Shown here in pieces: positions 50,903 through 62,509 of a stretch of 64,000 nucleotides of DNA. Source of the stretch: Mobula hypostoma (taxonomy: Eukaryota); assembly GCF_963921235.1 (NCBI RefSeq), contig NC_086097.1:207702001-207766000 (forward strand). The letters are read 5' to 3'. Every line of letters starts with the position of its first letter. Position 1 is the first letter of the stretch. The notes beneath the pieces were generated by a model that was given only the letters and a program-made list of their open reading frames with translations, was not told the DNA's origin and ran no database searches. Position numbers and translations under genes: made by a program.

Positions 50903-51634
50903 TTCTTCTTCTTCTTCTGGCTGTTTATACACATCTAGGTGTATTACAGCCCTCCGCAGGATGTATAATTAATTATAGAACTTCAAGGAACTCAAATTCT
51001 CGAATACAACCTAGTCTCACATATAAACTGAATGATAGACCCTTCAATCAGATGTTGATTCTCTTGATGGCCAAACAAAGGTTGAATAGAAAACCAAAAT
51101 AAATTTAAGCCAGATAGCCTCTTGAACAGCATGCTGCTTTCAATTCTGTATCGATTACAGCTCAGCAAAACATGCTGGGCTGTCTCTGGACTACCACAGT
51201 CACATAATCCAGTAGGATGGTTTCCTATTATCTTTAAATAATAGTTTAGCCCACAATGCCCCAACCTAAGTCTTGTAAATTTCACCACATCTCTACAACT
51301 TAAAAGGTAACAGTCTGAGACCTTTTTAACTAGTGGGTGACTAGAAAAATAATGCCTGCCCCTTAATTCATTTTTCCAATCCTCCTGCCACTTCTTTGCT
51401 ATACCTTTTTTAATCCTACTTCTCAATTCTGCTCTGCCTAGGGGAACTCTAATTTCTACTTGCCTGCTCTGTAAGGAAGACTTTGCAATGCCATCCACAA
51501 TTTCATTTCTCTCCACCCCAGAATGCCCAGGTATCCATGAAAATCTAACAGCACAACCCATCTTTCCTACTCTAAACAACACTAAGAGAATCTCAATAAC
51601 TATGTCAGGACGAGCTTTTGATTTACTCCCTTTT
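50903..51634 (-). mobile_element. 5'-truncated Nimb/I-group LINE (RNase H end plus CCHC finger)
   Basis: WIPGHSGVERNEIVDGIAK; RLRLGH..CDCGSPETAQHVLLSC; (GAA)n tail; ACAGCCAGAGGC on both flanks. Confidence 0.88.
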
Positions 51635-54383
51635 ACAGCCAGAGGCTGAATCCTGAAGCTATTTATGAAGCCAGCCCAAACGAGAATCAGCTGCCTCAAC
51701 AGAAACTGGGGAAAACTGGAAAACCCGGAATAAGGAGCATGGACCGGACCCTGAACCAGAATGCGGATTTCACGGACCGGACCATGACACTCACAGCCAT
51801 GATTCAGTGACGCCTGCAGCATCATACCTGCCAATCTGTAACTTATTTCATATATTGCGCACATTCTGATACAGCACCGTCAGTCCTGTATTCACCTCTT
51901 TTGATTTTGTTGCACCATGCTCAACATTTTGATTCATAACTTCATCTGAGGTCTTACCTACATCTGCCTCCACAACCTCTCAACTAATTGTTCTGGCACT
52001 CTGGTTCCCATCCCCATGCAACACTAATTAAATCTCCACCATGTAGCATTAACAAACCTTCCCACTAAGATATTAGTCCCCCTCCAGTTCAGGTGCAAAC
52101 CACCCCTTCTGTAGAGGTCCCACCTTCCCTGGAACAGCCCAATGATCCAAAAATCTTATGCTCTCCCTTCTACATGATCTCCTTAGCCATGTATTACACT
52201 GTATACTCTTCCTAGTTCCTAGTTCTAGCCTCACTGGCACATGGCATGGGTACCAGCCCTGAGATCACAACCCTGAAGGTCCTGCCCTTTAACTTAGCAC
52301 TTAATTCCCCGAACTCCCTATGCAGAACCTCGTCACTCATCCTACCCATGTCATTGATACCTACCAGGACCATGACTTCTGGCTGTTCACCCTCCCATTT
52401 AAGAATGTTGAGGACTCGATCCAAGATACCCCAGACCCTGACACCAGGGAGGCAACATACCATCTGGGAATCTTGTTCTCGCCCAGAGAACTTCCTGTTC
52501 GTTCCCCTAACTAACAAGTCCCCTATCACCTCAGCGTACCTCTTCTTCTCCCTTCCCTTCTGAGTCAGAGAGGCAGGTTCAGTGCCAGAGACCGAAACAC
52601 AGTTAGGTCACATCCCAAACCCCGAAAGTATCCAAAGTGAAATACCCGTCGTTGAGGGAGATGGGCACAGGGGTACCCTGCACTGTCTCCTGAATGACTT
52701 TCCCCTTCCTGACATCTAATTTATATACATCATAACTATTTATTAATGAAGAAGTGCAGTTCATAATCATTTAAAAATTCACAAACATTTAACAAATTGC
52801 CAGAAAAAGCATAGCTAACCCATGGGGCTGAATGACAGTGTCTGGGGCCAGTACCTTTGAAGGGAGCTCCAGGAACTTAACTGCTCCTCTACAAAGAATC
52901 AACTAATTACAGTATTGGAGGTACTGATAATGCTAGTACAACAGCCTCTCTATGCCATCAGTACATTCTCCAAGGCGTCCAATACCAGAGTCCAGTCTGG
53001 CTTTCCCCAGAATTACCTTCTCTATCTCTTCAATCCTCTATGAGTCAGAGGTGCTTTACAATGAAAAATCACATTTAATTGTATGAGTATTGTAGTCTGG
53101 ACATGAAGAAGAAAAGGTTATTTCAATATTTTCACTTTTTTGCTTCCTTTATTTTTGAGTTCTTTTTACTTGATTTAAATCCATTGCAATCATTTAAACC
53201 TCTCTAAGATTACATGGTGGTCCGGAGAGGAGACAAAGCTCCATTAGGTTGTTCTGAGGCAGGGCTTCAGCAGTGTGTTTGCTGCTTGCTACACTCCTCC
53301 AGAGTGCAGTTACTTTGGCATTTTTAATTAGACCATACGAGGAGGAGACAATCGGGGACCATCAACAGTGAGTCATTGAAATAAAAGAACATCAGAATTA
53401 CGAGCAGAAGGAGACATGTAGCTTTTTGGCTGACATTCATCAAGACCAAGGCAGATCCTCAGCTCTACTTTCCTGTATTCTCTCCCTACTCCTTGCCTTA
53501 AATAATCGCTGATTTCTATTTTCAATGAACTCAAATGTCCTCCACCCTCTAAGAAATCTATACTTATCCCAGTCCTCAACAACCTATACCTTATTCTGAG
53601 AATATGATCTGTACTGCTATTATCATTATTAACGACAAGCAGCTGTGCATCCAACCTCTCAAGCCGTGTATGAATATTGTACTTTTCAATGAAACTCTCT
53701 TCTTTGAAACTGTACAGATTGCAAACCCACAGATATTTTGCCTTTCCCTTTGTTATCTTTTCCTTGGCACTCATTTTCTGAGATTTTAAACCTCAGGCGT
53801 ACTGTTAGATCTAGCATCTCTGTGAGCTGCTTCCTTCAACTTAATGCTGTTTTTATTTTCTCCTGTCAGTCAAGATGGACCACGTTTCCTGCTGAGATTT
53901 TTTTTTTGTCTTAAAGCACATAATAATTTTTCAAATTAGGCATTTCTTTAAATGCCAGCCATTTTCATAGACCACTTTCATAGTTTTTAAGGTAGATTTG
54001 CAATTCACCACAATAATTCTGTCTCTCATATCTTCTCAATTTCTTTCATTTGAATTTAAGTCCTGAGTTTCAGATGAAATACACTATTCAAACTCCATCT
54101 AAAATGCTACATTGGCTACTCTTCTCCAAGAGCACTTTGTGACAAAAGTGTTAGTTTATCCTTTCTCTTTACACAATACTAGATCTAAAAAAGCCTTTCC
54201 CATAGCTGGTTTCTCCAACTATTTTTCTCAAAAAAACACATGGTTCACGTTCCATAATTTTGACCTCTGCCTACTGCAGCTAATTCAAACCATTCAGTAA
54301 ATTCTCCGATAAATACAATATTACCAATACTACATACACATCTAATTCCTTGACCTATTTCATAGTTGATATTGCACCAGTTA

Positions 54384-55236
54384 CAGTGGCATGCAAAAGT
54401 TTGGGCACACCTGGTCAAAATTTCTGTTACTGTGAATAGCTAAGCGAGTAAAAGATGAACTGATTTCCAAAAGGCATGAAGTTAAAGATGACACATTTCT
54501 TTAATATTTCAAGCAAGAAAACTTTTTTATTTCCATCTTTTACAGTTTCAAAATAACAAAAAAGGAAAAGGGCCTGAAGCAAATGTTTGGGTACCCTGCA
54601 TGGTCAGTACTTAGTAACACCCCCTTTGGCAAGTATCACAGCTTGTAAATGCTTTTTGTAGCCAGCTAAGAGTCTTTCAATTCTTGTTTGGGGGATTTTC
54701 GCCCATTCTTCCTTGCAACAAGCTTCTAGTTCTGTGAGATTCTTGGGCCGTCTTGCATGCACTGCTCTTTTGAGGTCTATCCACAGATTCTCGATGATGT
54801 TTAGGTCAGGGGACTGTGAGGGCCATGGCAAAACCTTCAGCTTGCGCCTCTTGAGGTAGTCCATTGTGGATTTTGAGGTGTGTTTAGGTTCATTATCCTG
54901 TTGTAGAAGCCATCCTCTTTTGATCTTCGGCTTTTTTACAGATGGTGTGATGTTTGCTTTTACAAAAGGTGTTTACAAGCTGTGATACTTGCCAAAGGGG
55001 GTGTTACTAACTACTGCCATGCAGCGTGCCCAAACTTTTGCTTTGGACCCTTTTCCTTTTTTGTTATTTTGAAACTATAAAAGGTGGAAATAAAAAAAGT
55101 TTTCTTGCTTAAGATATTAAAGAAATGTGTCATCTTTAACTTTATGCCTTTTGGAAATCAGTTCATCTTTTACTCGCTTAGCTATTCACAGTAACAGAAA
55201 TTTTGATCGGGGTGCCCAAACTTTTGCATGCCACTG
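54384..55236 (-). mobile_element. Internally deleted Tc1 (DD34E) element with long inverted arms and TA TSD
   Basis: TA|CAGTGGCATGCAAAAGTTTGGGCAC ... GTGCCCAAACTTTTGCATGCCACTG|TA; QQDNEPKH...WPSQSPDLNIIE with 34 residues between D and E. Confidence 0.93.
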
Positions 55237-55594
55237 TATTAGAGTTCTTTAAATAACCCATAATGTTTTCTATTGTTTTTTGCTATTTCTAAGTCCCATG
55301 CCAACAGATGCTAATTCTACACCATGTTCTACTAAGTCAATGTTATTTCCCAATGCTGTCTGATCTTATCCCTTATTAATAATCCAAACAATCTAATTTT
55401 CCTTTTTATCTGTCTTTCCTAGCTATCAAACATCCTTGAATATTCAGCGTCCTGCACAGGTTACCTTGTAGCCGCTTTTCCATGAAGGCAATTAGATCCC
55501 ACCCACTTGGTTCTGTTTGTGCCGGTAATTCATCCACGTTGTAGTGAATGCTGCAAATTTAGATTTACATCTTGATGGCTCTAGAATTCAAATA

Positions 55595-55790
55595 ACAATG
55601 AGTCGGAGTCTAAGTAGAAGATAGAGGGTTTAGTGGCAAGGTGTCATGACAACAACATCACCCCAATGCCAACAAAGCCACAGAGTTGGTCATTGACTTC
55701 AGGAAGATGGGTGGGGCACATGCTTCTGTTTCAAAGTTAAGAGGGTGGAAAGTTCTGGTTCCTGAGAGTTGAGATCAAACACAAACTGTG
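55595..55790 (+). mobile_element. Rex-type RT fragment
   Basis: 'gtgtcatgacaacaacatc..aacaaagccacagagttggtcattgacttcaggaag' (K..ELVIDFRK). Confidence 0.55.
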
Positions 55791-55904
55791 GGAACAAGAC
55801 TTCATATTCTGCCTGGGTAGCCTAGAAACTTGTGGTATTTACCAGTTCCTAATCAATTGCTCCCCACTCTGCCCCTTTTCTCTTTTCTCTCTCCTCCAGA
55901 TATA

Positions 55905-56113
55905 CTTACCCCCTTACTGTGTCTCTTACTCCTCCCCACTGTCTCCATCTCTCTATCCTCCCACTGTTCCACTTACCCCTTCCTCTCCACCCTCTCCATC
56001 TGACTATCCTCCCACTGTTCCACTAACTCCTTCCTCCCCACTGTCTCCATCTGACTATCCTCCCACCGTTCTATTAACCCCTTCCTCCCCACCCTCTCCA
56101 TCTGACTATCCTC
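55905..56113 (+). repeat. 51-bp pyrimidine-rich minisatellite, left part
   Basis: cctcccactgttccattaaccccttcctccccaccctctccatctgactat, ~4 copies, following a PLE endonuclease-end remnant at ~55790. Confidence 0.85.
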
Positions 56114-57106
56114 TGTGACGAAAGTACACATAGACTAAGATGTTGACTGTCCTGTGCTATCACCAGTGGGATCAACAGTTGATCTGCCACCTGTTTTCAG
56201 GAGAGAGATAAGTAAGTCAATGGAGCAGCATTTGGAAATGTTAATGAAGAGACGAGAGGCATAAACGGAAGGAGACACCGGTCTGGGTATTGTCAAGACT
56301 GGTTTGCTTTGAACCTGAACTGTTTGAAGTGATGGACAGGCGACACACCAACAGGGGGATAAAAAGGGATGGGTTCGCTAAGGCAACAGACACCACACGA
56401 GACACCACTCACGACACCACGAGGTATCGAGACCCTGGAAGCGGTGCGCCCCCACAAGTCGGTGGGAGTTTTGGAGGGCTAGTCATGGGACCAGCCATAG
56501 ACGCACAGGGTGGAAAGATTCGGTCGGCGGGAACCTGGTGTGTGTGTCCACCCTTGCTTGGGTGCCAGGTTCACCGCAGAGGAACGATCGTATCTGAAAA
56601 CGGAGGGGTCACAGTCGGTGACCTCAGAAGACATTACAAAGGGCTCACCCGAAAGCTAACTGCGAAAAATATCAAAGGTCTGTTGAATCTGATTTTGAAT
56701 ATCAGCATTCACTCTCTCTCTCTTCAATGGCACAACAACGATTGCTGCGAACTGAACTAAACTGAACTCTGTCACTTGTGATTGAACATTTTACCCCTAG
56801 ACTGCGATAGAGCTTGATTGATCCTATTATCCTAGTTCTGTGTACATGTGTGTTTATTCAGTGCTAACCTGTTGCATTTATATCCTTACTATTAGAGTAC
56901 TGTGTTGCTTATTTCTTTAATAAAACTTTCTTAGTTCCAGTAATCCAGACTCCAACTGAGTGATCCATTTCTGCTGGTTTGGCAACCCAGTTACGGGGTA
57001 CGTAACATAAGTGGAGTTCTCGTCCGCGATTTTGAACGCTAAATTTGGGACTGGGTAAATTGATTGGGTTAAAATTCCCGAAAGAAAGAAAAGGCAAACA
57101 GCAGAA

Positions 57107-58738
57107 ATGGAGATTGAGGAATTTCTAAAGGCGCCGACCTTGGAGGCATTAGAGGATGCCAGGAAAGCGGAATTGGCAGCTGTGGCCAAATGGTTGAATC
57201 TTGTTAAGGGGAAGTCGACAATGAGGAGAGAGATGCACAGAGCTATCGTAGAGCACTATGTATCTAAAGGTGTGTTTCCCCAAGGGGAGCTGGAGGTGAT
57301 ATCTATTGGAAAACCTAGTGGAGACGCAGTACATGTGCAGCTTGAAAAACTGAGACTCGAGCACGAGTTCCGGGTACGGCAGCTAGAACACGAAGAGAGA
57401 CAGTTAGAATGGCAGGAGAAAGAGAAAGAGAGGCAGTGGGAGTGAGAGGAGAAACAGAGGGAAAGGGAATTCAAGCTGGAAAGGTTAAAGATAAGGGCAG
57501 AACAGGGACCCATGCTGGACCAAGGTGGAGGGTTCAGGGCGACCCAGGAGGTTAGGCTGGTTCCCCCATTTGACGATACCGATGTGGATCAGTACTTTCT
57601 CCATTTCAAAAAAGTTGCTGCAAGTCAGGACTGGCCGAGGGATAAGTGGGCTGTTTTGCTTCAGAGTGTACTTAAAGGAAAAGCCCAACAAGTTTACTCA
57701 GCCTTGTCCGTGGAAGATGCCCAGAGGTATGAGGTGGTGAAAGAGGCCATCCTCAGGATTTATGAGTTGGTCCCGGAGGCATACCAGCAGAGGTTCCGGA
57801 ATGCGAGAAAGCAGTGTGACCGCACGTATTTAGAGTTTGCCCGTGAGATGCAGACATATTGTGAGCGTTGGTGCGCCTCGAAGGGGGTAAATGGGGATTA
57901 TGACAGACTGCTACAGCTGATCCTGATTGAGCAGTTTAAAGCTTGAGTCCCTGATGGTATGAGACCCTACCTAGATGAGAAAGAGGCAGCCACGTTAGCC
58001 GCAACTGCTAAGTTAGCGGATGAGTATGTGTTGACGCATAAAATGAAGTTTGCCCCGAGTAAAGGCTACCAGAACGGTAGTCAGGACGGCAGGGAGAGTC
58101 TGCTGGAAAAGTCAGTAAGTAAGCCGGGTACTAGTGAGAAGGATAAGGCAGACCAGGAGCAGTCTGGTAGGAAGTCTCCTGGGGTCGTCTGTTATAATTG
58201 TGGGAAAGTCGGACACTTTGCGTCCAGGTGCTTTGCTCCAAAGAAGGAGACGGGGAAAGGAAAAACGACGATTTCGACTGGCTGTATCGAGCTGGTAAAC
58301 AAACCGCTAGGAGAGGAAAGGTCTGCCAAAGTTCAGGAAGGGCGCAAGAGGTTTATCTTGGCCGGATTGGTGTCAGTGAAGGAGGGGTTAAACCCAGTTC
58401 CAGTACGGATCTGGAGAGACACGGGAGTGTGTCAGTCATTGATATTGAAGAGTGTATTAGAGTTTAGTTAAGAGACCCAGACTGGGGAGGTCAGGGTCAA
58501 AGGTACTGAGGAAGGGACAGAAGCAGTCCCTTTGCACCAGATACACCTACAAAGCAACTTGGTCTCTGGACTAGTCACGATCGGGGTGAGGCCCGAATTA
58601 CCGATGAAAGGCGTGGAAATCTTGCTCAGTAATGACCTCGCTGGGGGAATTGTGTTCTCGGCAGTGAGATTGACAGGTCAGCCTGTCAGCATTGAGGCCC
58701 AGCCATGGACTCACAGGTTCATCCTGTTTGCGCAGTGA
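57107..58738 (+). pseudogene. gag-protease of the Gmr1-like element (one frame with three internal stops)
   Basis: VRLVPPF..WPRDKWAVLLQSVL.GKAQ..YELVPEAY.QRFR..LILIEQF (capsid/SCAN-like); CYNCGKVGHFASRC knuckle; RDTG protease motif. Confidence 0.9.
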
Positions 58739-58949
58739 CTCGCTGTATGTCCAGAGACACTGCTGAGACGTTTCTACCAGCCTTGTACGAGGAGGGGGTA
58801 GAAAGTGAAAAGAAGGAGCGTAATGAAACAGAAGGAAGTGGGGAAATTAAGGTAGATTTATCAGTAGAAAAGAAGGACTGGTACAAGAGCGAGACGAGGA
58901 AACAGCTCTCTCTGAAGCAGGATTAAAAAGAGAGCCAGTAGGCTATTGT

Positions 58950-60008
58950 GTGGAGGAGGGTGTGCTAAGGAAGAAAGGGAGACGAAGTACCACAGATGAG
59001 GAATGGGGGGTGGTGCAAAAGAGTTATGGGGATGAGATTTTTAACCTGGCCCACAAAGTACCCCTTGGTGGACATTTTGAGGTGCTGAAGGAAATAGTCG
59101 GTGAAGCCATGAGAGAGTTTTTCTGGCTGCACAGGAAGAAGGATGTTATTGATTATTGCAGACGCGAACTGAGATGGTCACAGGCTTTTGATATGCTAAC
59201 AAACCTAGTCGGTGTTAGCGCGGAAATCAATGAAGCTAGGGTGCCACCTGATAAGGGGAAAAACCATTTTGAAAAGATGAGTATGGTCCCGACCAGATGA
59301 GAGAAGGCTATTGTTTTGGCCAGCTCTGCTGATAAGGTCTCTCCCTTAATCCTCGAACAAAGCGACCCTTTAGGAGAGCTAATGAAACGGCTCGCACACG
59401 TGTGTTTGATTGTCCCAAGGCGATGCAAAGAACTGGGACGTTGGGTGGTGTTTGCACGCTAGGTCAGCCTAATGAGCAACATCCCTATAGAATGAGTAAT
59501 TCAGTGACGAAAGGGCTAAAGAACACAGAAGTGTATATTGGCGATGTAATACGGCTGTCTGAAGCCAGCTTGATAGTGAACCTTGAAAAAAATGAGTTCG
59601 GCCACGCGAAGGTCACTTATCTGGGAATTGTGGTAACACTGGGGCAGCTGGCAGCGATGCAAGCTAAGATGCGGGCTATCTCTGACATCCCAACCCCGAC
59701 AGACAAAAGGGCCCTCAGAAGGCTCTTGGAGATGGTGGGGTACTGTAGGAAGTTTTGCAATAACTTTGCAGGTACTACCCCTCCCCCTCCTACTAAACCC
59801 TTGCGAAAGAAAACTAAGTCGGGATGGGACAACCCTTGTTATCGTGGTCTGGGACGAAACCCAATGAGAGGTTACACTGATCACGATTCATCAGTGTTTT
59901 CGGCCACTATGAAGTTTGCTAAGTTGGAGCCTGGTTTAAAGGATTATTAAAATTACACATATAAAAGGAACGGAAAATGTGATTGCTGACTGTCTGTCAA
60001 GGTTTTGA
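58950..60008 (+). pseudogene. pol remnants: integrase N-terminal part, then RT C-terminal half, then RNase H end
   Basis: LAHKVPLGGHF..FFW...KDVIDYCR; VYIGDVI..NLEKNEFGHAKVTYLG..LRRLLEMVGYCRKFC; ITHIKGTENVIADCLSR*. Confidence 0.85.
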
Positions 60009-61021
60009 CAACTTAAAATTCTCTGTATTAGCCAAATAGCTGATGAAGATGTATATTTGTGTGTATCTAATAATGTATTCATGCTTATAATTTTTACCCC
60101 GGTAAAAATCCTTAAAGGAGAGGGGTGTGACGAAAGTACACATAGACTAAGGTGTTGACTGTCCTGTGCTATCACCAGTGGGATCAACAGTTGATCTGCC
60201 ACCTATCTTCAGGAAAGAGATAAGTAAGACAATGGAGCAGCATTTGGAAATGTTAATGAAGAGACGAGAGAGATTAACGGAAGGAGACACCGGTCTGGGT
60301 ATTGTCAAGACTGGTTTGCTTTGAACCTGAACTGTTTGAAGTGATGGACAGGCAATACCCCAACAGGGGAATAAAAAGGGATGGGTTCGCTAAGGCAACA
60401 GACACCACACAAGACACCACTCACGACACCACGAGGTATTGAGACGCTGGAAGCGGTGCGCCACCACAAGTCGGTGGGAGTTTTGGAGGGCTAGTCATGG
60501 GACCAGCCATAGACGCACAGGGTGGAAAGATTCGGTCGGCGGGAACCTGGTGTGTGTGTCCACCCTTGCCTGGGTGCCGGGTTCACCGCAGAGGAATGAT
60601 CGTATCTGAAAACGGAGGGGTCACAGTCGGTGACCTCAGAAGACATTATAAAGGGCTCGCCCGAAAGCTAACTGCGAGAAATATCAAAGGTCTGTTGAAT
60701 CTGATTTTGAATATCAGCATTCGCTCTCTCTCTCTCTTCAACGACACAACAACGATTGCTGCGAACTGAACTAAACTGAACTCTGTCACTTGTGATTGAA
60801 CATTTTACCCCTAGACTGCGATAGAGCTTGATTGATCCTATTATCCTAGTTCTGTGTACATGTGTGTTTATTCAGTGCTAACCTGTTGCATTTATATCCT
60901 TACTATTAGAGTACTGTGTTGCTTATTTCTTTAATAAAACTTTCTTAGTTCCAGTAATCCAGACTCCAACTGAGTGATCCATTTCTGCTGGTTTGGCAAC
61001 CCAGTTACGGGATACGTAACA

Positions 61022-61590
61022 CCTCCCACTGTTCCACTAACCCCTTCCTCCCCACCCTCTCCGTCTGACTCCCACTGTTCCACTGACCCCTTCCTCTCCA
61101 CTCTCTCCATCTGACTATCTTCCCATTAACCCCTTCCTCCCCACCCTCTCCATCTGACTATCCTCCCACTGTTCCATTAACCCCTTTCTCCCCACTCTCT
61201 CCATCTGACTATTCTCCCACTGTTCTATTAACCCCTTCCTCCCCACCCTCTCCATCTGACTAAACCTCCCACTGTTCTATTAACCCCTTCCTCCCCACCC
61301 TCTCCATCTGACTACTCCCACTTTTCCACTGACACCTTCCTCTCCACCATCTCTATCTGGTCATCCTCCCACTGTTCCAATAACCCCTTCCTCTCCACCA
61401 TCTCTGTCTGACTATCCACCCACTGTTCCATTAACCCTTCCTCACCACCCTCTCCATCTGACCTTCCTCCCACTGTTCCACTAACCCCTTCCTCCCCACT
61501 CTCTCTGTCTGACCATCCTCCCACTCTTCCATTAACCCCTTCCTCCCCACCATCTCTACCTGACCTTCCTCCTGCTGTTCCACTGCCCTT
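61022..61590 (+). repeat. 51-bp minisatellite, right part (~11 copies)
   Basis: Same unit resumes in register after the 3' LTR and grades into PLE 3'-UTR-like sequence at ~61620. Confidence 0.88.
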
Positions 61591-61763
61591 CCTCCTCTCC
61601 ATACTCACAATTTCCCTCCATTTATTCCATGCTCCACCTTCCTCTCCTAACAGAACCACCTTCTTCAATTCTTTACTTTCACTACTGTGTAAACAGTAGT
61701 TCAAAAGATATTAAGATCTTATGCTAGAAAACTAACAATGGAGAAGTGAGTGCCTGTCATTTA

Positions 61764-62266
61764 CAGTCAGTGGTCACTTTAGTAAGCACACCTGTTTGTT
61801 AATAGAATTATCAAATATTTACTATCTAATGGGCAGCAACTCAATGCATAAGAGTATGCAGACATGATCAAGAGGTTCAACTGTTCAGACCAAACATCAG
61901 AATGGGGAGGAAATATGATCTAAGTGACTGATTGCTGGTGCCAAACAGGGTGGTTTAACTCTCTCAGAAACTGCTGATCTACTGGGATTTTCACACACAA
62001 CAGTGTCCAAAGTTTACAGAAAATGGTGTAAAAGAAGGTAGAGTGAGTGGCAGTTGTTTGGACAAAAATGCCTTGTTAATGAGAGAGGTCAGAGGAGAAT
62101 GGCCTGACTCGTTCAAGCTGATGAGAAGATGACAGTAACTCTGATAACCACATGTTACAACAGTGTGTGCAGAAGAGCATCTCTGAATGCACAGTGTGTC
62201 AAATGAAGACCATGAACATACTTTATAGAAGGTATAGGAGGTACCCAATAAAGTGGCTACTGAGTG
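61764..62266 (+). mobile_element. Non-autonomous Tc1-like element with both TIRs
   Basis: CAGTCAGTGGTCACTTTAGTAAGCAC ... GTACCCAATAAAGTGGCTACTGAGTG; internal transposase N-terminal remnant. Confidence 0.82.
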
Positions 62267-62509
62267 TCTAGTTGGTTCAGCAGTAAAAAAGTGCTGTTGT
62301 TTCCAGATGAGAAAAAAAACTAATGATCGTGTAAACCATTGTTGGTTGATCTGCTAATGGGCACAAATTGTACCTTCTGCTTCAAGTATCAATAAGCTAA
62401 TGAATGGTTTTGCCAGGCCTTGTGACATGATTTGATGTTGCTCCTTATTTGATTTCAGGTACTCTATGAGCTGCCAACAAGCTGTCAGTGGAGCTTTGAT
62501 GACCATAAA

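Larger units (their letters stand above)
47992..51789 (-). mobile_element. Solo LTR (Gypsy-type) with 5-bp TSD, interrupted by two LINEs
   Basis: CTCAC|TGTCAT ... ATGACA|CTCAC; LTR halves 47992..48911 and 51636..51789; TATA-like CATAAATA on the minus strand at ~51660. Confidence 0.8.
44140..52715 (-). mobile_element. Long CR1 LINE (ORF1 esterase to 3' tail) fragmented by nested insertions
   Basis: ORF1 SGNH-like 52212..52529 (IGD.LVRG..VCCLPG..VGIND); APE 47505..47854 (GVVYRPQ..MGKFN; ILDWVLCN); RT 45233..45420 (KSPGPDGVH) and 44240..44737. The sequence rejoins across each insert. Confidence 0.85.
56114..61021 (+). mobile_element. Gmr1-like Gypsy LTR retrotransposon, internally deleted
   Basis: LTRs 56114..57007 and 60126..61021 (TG..CA); TSD CCTC; degenerate tRNA-Pro-like PBS at 57012..57030; PPT at 60114..60125; domain order gag-PR-INT-RT-RH. 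Confidence 0.95.

Noticed and set aside
50992..51864. 290-aa ORF as a host gene
   Set aside because: Chimeric read-through: the N-terminal ~75 aa come from CR1 and LTR sequence, the rest is a truncated LINE ORF2 end.
56290..56760. 156-aa ORF within the LTR
   Set aside because: No recognisable domain, and the 3' LTR copy has a stop (TGA at ~60440) that shortens it.
57012..57037. tRNA gene
   Set aside because: Only a degenerate complement of a tRNA-Pro 3' end, acting as the primer-binding site.
61312..61704. Gly/Glu-rich 130-aa ORF
   Set aside because: Translation of the 51-bp minisatellite.
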